A stretch of 64,000 nucleotides of DNA, from assembly GCA_965217185.1 (NCBI GenBank), contig OZ244252.1, positions 2,144,001 through 2,208,000 of the forward strand. The letters are read 5' to 3'. Position 1 is the first letter of the stretch. Each line of letters opens with the position of its first letter. The notes beneath the pieces are model-generated. The model had not been told where the DNA came from and searched no databases. It was given only the letters and a program-made list of their open reading frames with translations. The DNA is from an uncultured Candidatus Entotheonella sp. (lineage in GTDB: Bacteria; Tectomicrobia; Entotheonellia; Entotheonellales; Entotheonellaceae). The position numbers and the translations under genes were made by a program. Of this stretch, positions 12,886-22,485 are shown piece after piece.

Positions 12886-13658
12886 GACAGATCAGAGCGA
12901 ACCGCGCCAAACAGCGCTTGGCCGCCGGCCAGCACGTCATCGCCATCGAGGGGCTGAACCACCCGGATTCCATCGAGCGCCTGGCGCCGCTGCAGCCGCA
13001 GGCGTTCTGGCTGGAGGGCGAGCACTGGATCGCCTCGCCGACGAACATCGGCGACCTGACCCGCGCCTGTGACGTATCGGGCAGCACCTCCATCGTGCGT
13101 GTCGGCCGCGCTGAAAAGCAGCTCATCTATCACGCCCTCGACCTCGGCGGTCAGGGTATCGCCGTGCCGCACGTGTCCACCGCCGAAGACGCCGCCCGCG
13201 TGGTCGATGCCGCCAAGTTCGCGCCCATCGGCCACCGCGGCATCTACATCAGCCGCCAGGGTATCGACGTGCCGGATTACTTCCAGAGGGCAAATGATGA
13301 AACGCTGGTGGTCGTGTTCATCGAGGACGCCGAGGCGCTGGACAACCTCGACGCCATCCTGGAAGTGGACCACATCGACGTGTTTTTCGTGGGACCGGGC
13401 GACCTGTCGCAGGCCATCGGGCATGTCGGCGAGTTCACACATCCGGCGGTCAGCAAGGTAGTGGACGACACCATCCGCCACATCATCGACCGCGGCCGCA
13501 CGGCGGGCACGGTGGGATTCCAGGACAACATGGCGCACGTCGCCGAAGTCGGGGCGAAGTTCTTCCTGTGCGGGGCGACGTCGTGGGTTCTGCGGGGGTT
13601 CAACGACCTGCGGGGCGCGCTAGAGGGAATTGAGCGCCAAGCTGCTGGGTCGAATTAA
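12882..13658 (+). CDS. HpcH/HpaI aldolase family protein (tandem paralogue)
   Basis: WLEGEHW, LDLGGQGIAVPHV, FVGPGDL; ATGA overlap with the upstream paralogue. Confidence 0.88.
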   Translation: MRQIRANRAKQRLAAGQHVIAIEGLNHPDSIERLAPLQPQAFWLEGEHWIASPTNIGDLTRACDVSGSTSIVRVGRAEKQLIYHALDLGGQGIAVPHVSTAEDAARVVDAAKFAPIGHRGIYISRQGIDVPDYFQRANDETLVVVFIEDAEALDNLDAILEVDHIDVFFVGPGDLSQAIGHVGEFTHPAVSKVVDDTIRHIIDRGRTAGTVGFQDNMAHVAEVGAKFFLCGATSWVLRGFNDLRGALEGIERQAAGSN

Positions 13659-14052
13659 ATGCCGGTTGCCTGGGATGGCGAAGATAAGGAATGACTGACG
13701 TTGGCAAGTATTTTTGTGGTGATTCTCAGCGAGTTGCGCGGAGTGGGCCGCCGGCATGTCAGTCGTCGACGATTTTCCCTTCGATGTTCACTCATATATG
13801 GATCGACCATCTGATTGATTGACATACGAGCCACTTGCAAAACCCTAACGGAACGTCGAGAGCGAAGTATTCGGATTTGATATTTGGGGATGTTTCGGCA
13901 TCGGATACGTCGTCAGGGCATCTGCAGCACTTCTCAGCGGCCACAATCCAGCGACAATGAGGTTTCCTTGACGGTGTATGAGCAAACCTGTCCGGTGTGG
14001 CCCTGCCGAGACAGGACGCCTGCAAGAGGTGAGGGGTGGAAGCAAGTCGGTT

Positions 14053-15213
14053 TCAGTTCAACAGGCGCATCAACTGCGACACCGCCAGCGCCACAATGCC
14101 GAACATCAGGTGGCACAGCACCTTGGCGTGACCTCGCACGCGGACTTGGCGAGCGCCGAACTCGTCCTTGAGACGACCCTTGACACGCTCGACGGTGGTG
14201 CGCTCACGGTAGCGTAACTGCTCGGCGTAGACGTGGCCGACGGTACGCTGCGCCCGCGCCGCGGTCTTGCGTTCCAGCTTGCGCGAAGCACTGCGGGGAT
14301 TGGCGTCGATGATTGCAACATGCCCCAGCGACTCACGGTGCGCTCTGATCTCGGGCGCGTCATAAGCCGAGTCCATCAAAGCCTGCCCCGGACCTGATCC
14401 GGGGTCATAGAGGTTGGTGACTCGTGCGGCCGTCAGGGTCGCCAAGGGAATCGCCACTTGGCTGTCATGCAACGAGGCCGAGGTCAGGATGCAACTGAGT
14501 GGAACGCCGCCATCGGCTGCGTCGATATGCAACTTGTAGCCGCTCCATGATTCCTGATGTCCCTTGGCGTCCCGCTTGACGCCAACATCACAGGTGCGTG
14601 GCAGGTCGGCGAGCCTCTCCGGCAGGATCATGTTGGACTGGCGCGCCAGCCTTCGGGGCGCCTTGTTCGGTCGTTGTTCAGCCTTGCGCGGTCGCCCGCG
14701 GCGGCGTTTCGGCGTAGCCGCTTGGTGCGGCTTCGGGGCTGGCTTCTCGCGCCCCAAGATCGCCGTCGAATCGCGTGAGACGTGGCCGACCAGATGATCG
14801 CGCAAGGTCTTGTCGATCAGCGCCTCGTGCAGGCGGCTTGGCAAGGCGCTGTCAGCGAAGTCGCTGAAGGCCCGCGCGAAGGTCGCCGCGCTGGGGACCG
14901 CCGCGCCCTGGCTCCAGCCGCACAGGCGACGCAGCGGCCGGTCGATGACAAGGTGCTCAACGAGCGCGCGGGTGGTCGAGATGGCGAACACCGCCTTGGC
15001 GCTGAAGGCTCGTGCCAGCGCCGCACGATCCGCCTGCGGGCGCCCCGGCAAGCCACGCCAGCACGTCAGGAATGGCTCAACCGGCACGAACCCGAGCACC
15101 GTGACGAATAACTCGTAGCGCTCGCCCAAGGGACCGAGTTCTTCTTCGAGCGTGGGGAAAAGCTCTCGTTGCAAGGCGAAGCCGTAATTCGATAGGATCG
15201 TACGCAGGGACAT
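14053..15213 (-). CDS. DDE transposase carrying an 8-aa in-frame insertion (PGSGPGQA)
   Basis: SRDSTAI, GYKLHID, SLHDSQ, MDSAYD, YRERTTVER motifs. Confidence 0.88.
   Translation of the reverse strand: MSLRTILSNYGFALQRELFPTLEEELGPLGERYELFVTVLGFVPVEPFLTCWRGLPGRPQADRAALARAFSAKAVFAISTTRALVEHLVIDRPLRRLCGWSQGAAVPSAATFARAFSDFADSALPSRLHEALIDKTLRDHLVGHVSRDSTAILGREKPAPKPHQAATPKRRRGRPRKAEQRPNKAPRRLARQSNMILPERLADLPRTCDVGVKRDAKGHQESWSGYKLHIDAADGGVPLSCILTSASLHDSQVAIPLATLTAARVTNLYDPGSGPGQALMDSAYDAPEIRAHRESLGHVAIIDANPRSASRKLERKTAARAQRTVGHVYAEQLRYRERTTVERVKGRLKDEFGARQVRVRGHAKVLCHLMFGIVALAVSQLMRLLN
14380..14403 (-). repeat. 24-bp hairpin mini-element inserted in frame in the transposase
   Basis: Minus strand GAC^CCCGGATCAGGTCCGGGGCAGGCT^TTG; 23/24 identical to the two copies at 55839-55886. 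Confidence 0.85.
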
Positions 15214-15436
15214 GGCCGTTTTCTCCTTCACGTGGTGGTCGCACAACACATGACATGAAGCAAAGACAGCCTGTCCCGTTCAAGTCAACCTCTTACCCTC
15301 AATAATTCCCGACGACTCCACAGTTTTGCAAAAGGCTCATACGAAAGAGCTTTTGGCAGTCTGCGAAATCACCTGGAAGCACCCCAAATTGCGGGGCATG
15401 CACAATTCACCGCGGAAGAATGTCCGGAGGTATGGC

Positions 15437-17356
15437 ATGCGTAAGACGATCCTGGAGTTCTGGATATCTCGGTTCTGCGCTTGGAGTCCCATTCTGGTGG
15501 TTCTGGCTGTTTTCGGGTGCGCCGGGATGGCTGATATACGGGGCAGCCAGGAGTTTTTCGGTCCATATGCCCAAGGCGACTACATGGCAGCCGCGACCAC
15601 TCTCGGCGGTGACAACGCGCTCGACTATGACGAGGAGAACCTGCTCACGTCGCTCCAGGTAGGTCTGGCCTTGAGAGCAGCGGGCTCGTTCGAGTCGTCC
15701 CAGGTTGCTTTCGACCGCGCGGAATCGCAACTCCTGTGGAAGTCAAACAGAATCAACAGCCTCGAAGACTTGATCGGGGCGGGGTTGACGGTCGTGAGCA
15801 ATGATCTCGTGCGGTCGTATCGAGGGAACATTTATGACGGGGTTCTGATCAACACGTACAAGGCGATCAACGCTCTGCATCTGGGAGACGAGAACCGCGC
15901 CCGGGTCGAGTTGAACCGAGCGGACCAGCGTCAAACCAACGCCGTCGAACAACTTGCCGTGAAGGTACAGGCCTTGGGGGCCGAGGATCCCGAGGAGAAT
16001 GCGCAGTCTGCGAACGTCGACAGAACACTTGATGACGTCATGAAACCGGACGGCGCGGTTGCGCAACGTTTGGCGGCCGTCGAGGCGCTTGGTGAGTATC
16101 GTGATCTCCGCAACCCGTTTACGGACTGGTTGCATGGCACCTTCCGTCTGGCAACGGGCGAATCCAATCGCGCTTCGGACTTGTTCCGCAACGCGGTTGT
16201 GCTTGATGGCCGACAGAATCGCCACGCCCTGGAGGACCTGCTCGTAGCGGAGGAGGCCGCTGGTAGTTTGGGCGATGTTCCGGCACGGGTTTGGATCGTT
16301 CACGAGGATGGTATTGGGCCGCATCTGGAAGAGTTTCGGTTCGAATTCAATGTCTTCACGCTGAGTGGGCCAATTTTTTCCGCCATTGCACTGCCGGAAT
16401 TCGTGGTTGGCAGACCCGCGTTAGGTACGCTAGGGATTCGCGCTGACGGCGCGGACTATCGGACCCAAACCCTGCTGAATGTCGATCGTTACGCGGCTAC
16501 GGAGTTTCGCGCCGGCTACAACGCCATCGTCGGCAAGGCCATTGCGTCGACCGTGGTCAAAACACTGGCGCAAGTCGTTGTCAATGAAACGGTGGGAGAT
16601 CAAGGTCTGGCCGGGGCATTGCTCGGCATCTTTGCCAACGCTGCAATTTCCGCCACGACGAAGGCGGACACACGGATGTGGCACGTCCTGCCGCATTCGA
16701 TTGGTGTGGCGAGTCTCCCGCGTCCGGCTGACGGGCGACTTTTGATTGCGGCTGGTTCAGGCGCTGCCGTTGACTTGACGTTGCCGCCCACCGCTTTCGC
16801 GCTCGTTACCGTGAAGACAGTCAATTCGGGAGCACCGCCAGCCATCCACGTTGCCGTCATGGGCCGCGGGATGGAACAAGCGTCCATAGACCGAGCGCCG
16901 CGGATATCTGGAATGCAGGCCCAGATCATCAAGGTGTCGGATGCAGCTGATGTAACCGAGGAGGACAGGCCGTCCGCAGTTATGCCAGAGCCGCCTTCGG
17001 TCTCAACAGAGGTGATAGTGGCGCCCTCGTCGGGCGACTGGTGGGTACCCTGGGTGTCGGTCGACAAGCGTCTGACCCGTCGCGGATTGCGCGATCTGCG
17101 AATGACTCGATCACGAAATGCTACTGGCCTGCTGCGTGTGGCAGGCGATTTTTTCAATCAGTCAAGAAGGAAGCTGACGGCGGCTTACCGGTTCACTTGG
17201 CTGGATGCGGTTGGCCAGCCGGTGGACAGCATTCTTGGTGATTGGCAGGTTGTCCACGCACTGCCGCGCGCCCGGGCAATGCTTGCGGGAACCGCACCGA
17301 GAGACGATGTTGCGCAATTCCGGCTTGAACTGCTGTCGGCATCTCGTCTCAATTGA
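15437..17356 (+). CDS. COG3014-like lipoprotein fused to a C-terminal YcfL/DUF1425-like domain
   Basis: Lipobox VFGC; Y.G..YD..LINTYKA, ARVELNRA..RQ, KADTRMW..LP; C-terminal YRFTWLD..G motif. Confidence 0.7.
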   Translation: MRKTILEFWISRFCAWSPILVVLAVFGCAGMADIRGSQEFFGPYAQGDYMAAATTLGGDNALDYDEENLLTSLQVGLALRAAGSFESSQVAFDRAESQLLWKSNRINSLEDLIGAGLTVVSNDLVRSYRGNIYDGVLINTYKAINALHLGDENRARVELNRADQRQTNAVEQLAVKVQALGAEDPEENAQSANVDRTLDDVMKPDGAVAQRLAAVEALGEYRDLRNPFTDWLHGTFRLATGESNRASDLFRNAVVLDGRQNRHALEDLLVAEEAAGSLGDVPARVWIVHEDGIGPHLEEFRFEFNVFTLSGPIFSAIALPEFVVGRPALGTLGIRADGADYRTQTLLNVDRYAATEFRAGYNAIVGKAIASTVVKTLAQVVVNETVGDQGLAGALLGIFANAAISATTKADTRMWHVLPHSIGVASLPRPADGRLLIAAGSGAAVDLTLPPTAFALVTVKTVNSGAPPAIHVAVMGRGMEQASIDRAPRISGMQAQIIKVSDAADVTEEDRPSAVMPEPPSVSTEVIVAPSSGDWWVPWVSVDKRLTRRGLRDLRMTRSRNATGLLRVAGDFFNQSRRKLTAAYRFTWLDAVGQPVDSILGDWQVVHALPRARAMLAGTAPRDDVAQFRLELLSASRLN

Positions 17357-17407
17357 CAATCTCCCCAATCGGACGGGGCAACGGGAACGTATATGAGGAG
17401 AGACCAA

Positions 17408-18046
17408 ATGAAATCAGGTTACGGGCTACTCGTTCTTGCTATTTTAGTCGGGTCAATCGGCTTGACCGGATGCGGTACAACGAGCGTCGTTAATCTTAGC
17501 GATCCGACATACACGACGCGTCAACAAACAGGCGGTGAGACAACGTTTGGCCTGGACTATCGTGATTTCGAATATTCCGCCAAAAAGGCCGTAGATTCAT
17601 TCTTGAACAGTCCGCTGGCACGCAAGCCCGGGAGTTCGGCGCCTTGGATCATGGCAATCAGTCGCATTGCGAACGACACTACGCTTAATCTTGATACAGA
17701 CCAGTTGGTCAAGAAGATGCGCGTTGCACTTCTGAACAGTGGGCGCGTGATGGTAACGACGGCAGTCGGCGCGGACGGGCCGGAAGACGCAATGAGCCTG
17801 GAGGTTCGACAGCTTAGGGAATCGGATGAGTTCAACCAGGATACGGTTGCGGGTAGGGGTACGATGATTGCGCCTGATCTCAGCCTGTCTGGAAAAATCA
17901 TTCAGCGCGTCAACCGGGTTGGCAACAAGCAACAGGCCGACTACTACTTCCAGTTGACGGCGACCAACATTGAAACCGGCCTCGCCTACTGGGAGTTCGA
18001 GGAGGTTATCGCCAAACTGGGACCGAACGATTCATTTACCTGGTAG
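17408..18046 (+). CDS. LpoB-family lipoprotein
   Basis: Lipobox LTGC, GLDYRDF, DTDQL.KK.RVALLNSG, LSLSGKI, YYFQLT. Confidence 0.8.
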   Translation: MKSGYGLLVLAILVGSIGLTGCGTTSVVNLSDPTYTTRQQTGGETTFGLDYRDFEYSAKKAVDSFLNSPLARKPGSSAPWIMAISRIANDTTLNLDTDQLVKKMRVALLNSGRVMVTTAVGADGPEDAMSLEVRQLRESDEFNQDTVAGRGTMIAPDLSLSGKIIQRVNRVGNKQQADYYFQLTATNIETGLAYWEFEEVIAKLGPNDSFTW

Positions 18047-18061
18047 GAAAAGGAGAATCCG

Positions 18062-19453
18062 ATGTACTGCATTGGAGCCAAATGGATGCGGTGTTTGCTT
18101 GTTGCACCACTAGCGCTGGCTTTGATCTTTGCATCTCAGCAAGCGCTGGCGGAGACCGACCAGCCGACCGACGCTGGTGTTGAGGCTGAAACGGCTGCAG
18201 GCGGAGCGAACTGGGATGCCAACGAGCGCGTCCTGGGCGATATAGAGGAGTGGAAAAAGAATAATCCGATGGCACGCAGTCTCATGCAAAGAGACGACGT
18301 TCTGGTTGTGGTAGGGACCGCTTTCGTTGCCCTCAGCGCGGACGACAAGAGATGGCCTAAAGCCCGCTCGCTGGCCTACCAGCAGGCTTTTATGAATGCC
18401 ATGGGAGAGTACGTCTCTCTGATCAGGAGCCGTGTGACGACTCGGTTGATCCAGGATCAGTTTGAACAGGACCTCGACGAGAGCGAGTTGACGTTTGATC
18501 CAGAAGATACCGTATCTTCAAAACTCGAACGGGTTTTTGAGAAACTCGCGATCCTCGGGGAACGCAAATTGGATCAGGCGCTCGCCGACTCCGGAATGGG
18601 CGCAGAGGAAATCGCTCGCCTTACCCCGGCCCAGAAAAAGACCACCTTCTCGGACCGTATCACGAGACGGACAACGAGAGAGGCTTTCGGGTCGGCCGCC
18701 GGACTCGTTCCGATCAAGACTTTCGAGGCGATCGATGACCAAGGCAACACGGCGATTGGTGTGGTGGCGGCTTCCTCAAGGCGAATGCGCCGGCTTGCTA
18801 CGCAGGTCGCACGGGGAAAATCCATAACGCCCGATGCTGACCGGGCGCGTCTGTCGGTCGCGGACCAGCTTGCCGAGATGTCAGACGAGGAACTCGTAGA
18901 TCAGTTTGGCGTTCGGGTTTATTGGGATGAACAGGGCTACCCCACTCTTGTGTCGTTTGGTCAGTGGGGATTTTCGAATGAAGGCCTGGACAAACGGAAG
19001 AAAGCTCGACGCCGGGATTTTGCCGGGCGCCAAGCGGAGAATGACGCGCGGTCGCATCTCGTTACCTTCATCAGAGCATCGACGCGCTTTACCGAGGAAA
19101 GCACCGTCGGGGCGGATGTTGAAGAGGCAATCAATGTGTTGCCGGACAACACCGTGGAAGAAATTGAGACGGCAAAGTTGGCCGATGAGCTGGTCAAAAA
19201 GGCCAACGTGACGTCGCAGGCGGAACTCACTGGCATGGCAACCTTACGTACTTGGGGTGCCCGGCATCCAGACCTCGATAGCCAGGAAATTGTTGGCGCC
19301 ATCGTATCCTGGTCACCAGCCCGTGAGAAGGCCGTACGGGCAGCGGTCCGAGATGATGAGCCCCGGAAGCAGCCCGCCCGGCAAGAAGAGTCAGCGCCGA
19401 GAGGGACCAGCACCCGCGAGAGTCGTGAAGACATGGATTCCAGCGATTTTTAA
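18062..19453 (+). CDS. Secreted hypothetical protein (DUF6844-like) of the LpoB/CsgG cluster
   Basis: Signal peptide; QFGVRVYWDEQGYPTLVSFGQW motif; operon context. Confidence 0.55.
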   Translation: MYCIGAKWMRCLLVAPLALALIFASQQALAETDQPTDAGVEAETAAGGANWDANERVLGDIEEWKKNNPMARSLMQRDDVLVVVGTAFVALSADDKRWPKARSLAYQQAFMNAMGEYVSLIRSRVTTRLIQDQFEQDLDESELTFDPEDTVSSKLERVFEKLAILGERKLDQALADSGMGAEEIARLTPAQKKTTFSDRITRRTTREAFGSAAGLVPIKTFEAIDDQGNTAIGVVAASSRRMRRLATQVARGKSITPDADRARLSVADQLAEMSDEELVDQFGVRVYWDEQGYPTLVSFGQWGFSNEGLDKRKKARRRDFAGRQAENDARSHLVTFIRASTRFTEESTVGADVEEAINVLPDNTVEEIETAKLADELVKKANVTSQAELTGMATLRTWGARHPDLDSQEIVGAIVSWSPAREKAVRAAVRDDEPRKQPARQEESAPRGTSTRESREDMDSSDF

Positions 19454-19483
19454 GCATGTTTCCAAAGTGAGGAGCGTGTCACG

Positions 19484-20836
19484 ATGCGAACTGCACAAGG
19501 GTTTCGGAACAGCCGTGGGACATGGGCAGCAGTAGCCATCGTATGCACCGTGCTTGCCCTTTCAACGGCCGTTGCACAGACGACGATTGAGGAGCGGGAG
19601 GTCAGAGGGCGAGGTGTGAGCGAGGTGGACGCCATCCTGAACGCCCTCCAGGAAGCGACGTTCCAGGTCTGCGGTGTGCAGATCCGCGCCGACCTGACGA
19701 TGAGTTCTGCGCTGATCGAAGACGACAACGTGCGGATGATTGACCAGATCAATCGGAGCATCCACGCAACATCGACGCAGCGCCCCTGCGATTTTCAAGG
19801 ATACGACGTCTTGGATATCGCGGGTAACGAACCGGATGTGCGCGTAAGTGTGCTCGTCAAATATGCGGTTTACCGGGTGCCGGGGCCATCAATGAAGCGG
19901 CGGCGGCTGGCCGTGCTCGACTTTCCGATGGAAGAGGTTCATCTCTACGGGGTCGGCGGTGGACGACAGTTGCAGGTTGATGGCCGTGCCGTGCGCGTCG
20001 GCACTGACGTTGACTTCAAGCTCGTCAGGAAGCTTCAACACGGGTTCCGTGCGAAGGCAGAGGAACTGCTAACGCAAGGCCGGCGGTTTGGCGTACTCGA
20101 TCGTAAACGGCCGGAGGTGTACGAGGCCGAGAAACAAATCCTCGCATCCGGGGACGTGGATGTCGGCGAACGGGCCCGGCTGGGCAAGGTCATGGGAGCA
20201 GACTACTTGGTGTACGGTACGATTGACCGGGTCGCGATTGAAACCACGACCCGAGTCATCCGAGCTACCGGTGAGCGAATCGAGCGATCCCACGGGGCTA
20301 CAAAGGTGCGATTCACTGTGCTTGCTGCAGCAACGCGGCAGGTCAAATGGTCCTCCGCGATTACCCTTGACAGGAGGCTGCCCCCGGGGCTGAGGCCCGA
20401 AGCAGCAGCGGAGGCCCTTCTGGAAGAAGTTGCGGTTCGCATGGTCGATGAATTGACGGAGAACATCTATCCGCCGCGCGTGACAGAAGTGCTCGGCCCA
20501 GGTCAGTTCGTCGTCAACCGGGGTGGCAACACGGTTGAAGCGGGCAGCGTGTTTGAAGTCTTTGCGGTAGGCGACTGGCTGTTGGATCCCGATACCGGTG
20601 AACGGCTCGACCAGCTCGAAACCTCCGTTGGCATTGCGCGGATTGTGACCGTCAAGCCCAAATACAGTATCGCCGAGTTGATTTCGGACGTCGTTGACCT
20701 GTCACGGGGCATGGTGCTCCGCCGCCGTCAAGCAATGCCTGAAGAGGCGAGCCGTGTGCCGGCCCGACAGCGCAGCTTTGCCGACGAGGATGGCGATGGA
20801 ATACCGGACTACTTGAACCGGTTGAACCAGCAGTGA
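19484..20836 (+). CDS. CsgG/HfaB-like secreted protein
   Basis: LTQGRRFGVLDR...RLGKVMGADYLVYGTI; C-terminal LLDPDTGERL. Confidence 0.7.
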   Translation: MRTAQGFRNSRGTWAAVAIVCTVLALSTAVAQTTIEEREVRGRGVSEVDAILNALQEATFQVCGVQIRADLTMSSALIEDDNVRMIDQINRSIHATSTQRPCDFQGYDVLDIAGNEPDVRVSVLVKYAVYRVPGPSMKRRRLAVLDFPMEEVHLYGVGGGRQLQVDGRAVRVGTDVDFKLVRKLQHGFRAKAEELLTQGRRFGVLDRKRPEVYEAEKQILASGDVDVGERARLGKVMGADYLVYGTIDRVAIETTTRVIRATGERIERSHGATKVRFTVLAAATRQVKWSSAITLDRRLPPGLRPEAAAEALLEEVAVRMVDELTENIYPPRVTEVLGPGQFVVNRGGNTVEAGSVFEVFAVGDWLLDPDTGERLDQLETSVGIARIVTVKPKYSIAELISDVVDLSRGMVLRRRQAMPEEASRVPARQRSFADEDGDGIPDYLNRLNQQ

Positions 20837-20875
20837 GGCAAGGATATACGCAACACCATAGAGGAGGTGGCGGTA

Positions 20876-21487
20876 ATGATCCGAGGTAAAGCTTTTCGAC
20901 CCCTTGCCGCAGGAATTTTGGCTGCGGTTGCGTTCATGGCGGTGAGTACGTCCGCTCAGGCCGGCTCTGATGATGACGAACGTGTGGTCGGTGCCATCGT
21001 GGGGAGTGTGATCGGCGGAGCGATCGGCTCGACAATTGGTAGGGGTGCCGAGCGAGGCGTTGCCATCGGGGTTGGGTCGCTGCTCGGCGGGATAGCCGGA
21101 TATCACGCGGTAGATCCCGATCCCTACCGGCATCATCGCCGCGGGCATCGCCATCCGAGGCACAGACGACACGTGTATTACGACTACCCGGTGTTCCGGC
21201 CTCCCATATACGTACACCCACGGCCCCCGCGGCGTGAGCGTCATGTGCAGCACCACCATTATTATGAGGCACCACCGCAGCCGCGGACTGTCGTGACGTA
21301 TCAGCTTCCGGCCCCTGTGGCGCCCGTCACGCCGGTGCGGGAGGTGAATGTCGTTACGGCGCCTCCGCGCGGCAGATCAAGCCTGGGACACGAAGTCGTG
21401 TTGACAGAATGCAAGGTGCTCGAAGCCGGAATAGCGCCGGTTTACGCCTGCCGGACAGCAGGGGGCGACTGGAGGGTTTTGAAGTAG
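20876..21487 (+). CDS. Glycine-zipper 2TM protein with His/Pro-rich tail
   Basis: GAIVGSVIGGAIGSTIG...GVGSLLGGIAG. Confidence 0.7.
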   Translation: MIRGKAFRPLAAGILAAVAFMAVSTSAQAGSDDDERVVGAIVGSVIGGAIGSTIGRGAERGVAIGVGSLLGGIAGYHAVDPDPYRHHRRGHRHPRHRRHVYYDYPVFRPPIYVHPRPPRRERHVQHHHYYEAPPQPRTVVTYQLPAPVAPVTPVREVNVVTAPPRGRSSLGHEVVLTECKVLEAGIAPVYACRTAGGDWRVLK

Positions 21488-21525
21488 GGGCGGCACGTTC
21501 TGGCAGGTTGTGGAGTAAATCGACC

Positions 21526-22485
21526 TCAACCGAGCTTGGCGGCAACGCGGTCGGCGAGCATGCGGATAAAGGCGGGATGGCTGTGCACCGACTCGGCGCG
21601 CACGAAGCGGACGCCGTGCTCGGCGGCGCAGCGTTGGCCCTCGACGCCGAGGTCGTACAGCACCTCGACGTTGTCGCACAGAAAGCCGATAGCATTGCTG
21701 ACAATGGTCGATTTGCCGGCATCGGCGTATGCGGCGATGACATCCTCTACTATCGGCTGCGTCCAGGGCACGGTCGAATCGCCGGACTGGGATTGGTAGG
21801 CAACCCGGTAATCCGGGCCGCCAAGCTGTGTGGCAACCAAAGCAGCGGTCTCTTCAATTTGCTGGCAGTATGGGGCGGTTCGCGACAACGATTCGGGCAC
21901 GGCGTGCGCGGTGAGCAGGAGCGCCGTGTCCGGGGCGCACAGATCAATCCCCTCGCGGCGGCTCGCTTCGGTGATACGGTCGGCAATCGCCTCGGTAAAC
22001 CCGGCTTCGTTCCACCACGGTTCCACCACCCCGATCACCTTGGGGGCGCCCGGCCCCGCCTGCTCAATGCCCTCCCCGACGATCCGTAGATACAGGTCCC
22101 AACTCACCGATGACTGGTGCGGCGCCATGATCAGCACCAGCATCTCCCGCGCCCCTGCCGCCTTCATCTCGGCAACGACATCGCGCACGTAAGGCCGCCA
22201 ATGGTGATAGCCGCACCAGACCGGCACGTCGATGCCGCGTGAGCCCAACTCCGCGGCCAGTGCCTCGGCCTGCTTGCGGGTGTAGGCGTTGAACTCGGAA
22301 TAGCCGCCGAATTCCTCATAATGGGCCGCCACTTCGGCGATGCGCTGGCGGCGCGCCGGGTTGTGGCCAAGGATGCCGGAAACAAAGCAGTACGCCTCGC
22401 CGGGGCAAGGCGTGAAGCGTTCGCAGCAGCCGGGTGTCGGACCGCCGAACGCCACCATCAGGAGGGCAGGGGCGGGGCAACTCAT
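21526..22485 (-). CDS. hemH: Ferrochelatase (HemH/CpfC family)
   Basis: LLMVAFGGP, HYEEFGG.S, LLTAHAVP, AYQSQSG...W, GFLCDNVEVLYDL. Confidence 0.85.
   Translation of the reverse strand: MSCPAPALLMVAFGGPTPGCCERFTPCPGEAYCFVSGILGHNPARRQRIAEVAAHYEEFGGYSEFNAYTRKQAEALAAELGSRGIDVPVWCGYHHWRPYVRDVVAEMKAAGAREMLVLIMAPHQSSVSWDLYLRIVGEGIEQAGPGAPKVIGVVEPWWNEAGFTEAIADRITEASRREGIDLCAPDTALLLTAHAVPESLSRTAPYCQQIEETAALVATQLGGPDYRVAYQSQSGDSTVPWTQPIVEDVIAAYADAGKSTIVSNAIGFLCDNVEVLYDLGVEGQRCAAEHGVRFVRAESVHSHPAFIRMLADRVAAKLG

Larger units (their letters stand above)
13828..15338 (-). mobile_element. Insertion sequence (IS1182/IS5-like DDE), 1511 bp
   Basis: 16-bp TIRs GAGCCACTTGCAAAAC (13828-13843) / GTTTTGCAAAAGGCTC (15323-15338), 2 mismatches; 4-bp TSD ATAC (13824-13827, 15339-15342). 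Confidence 0.9.
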
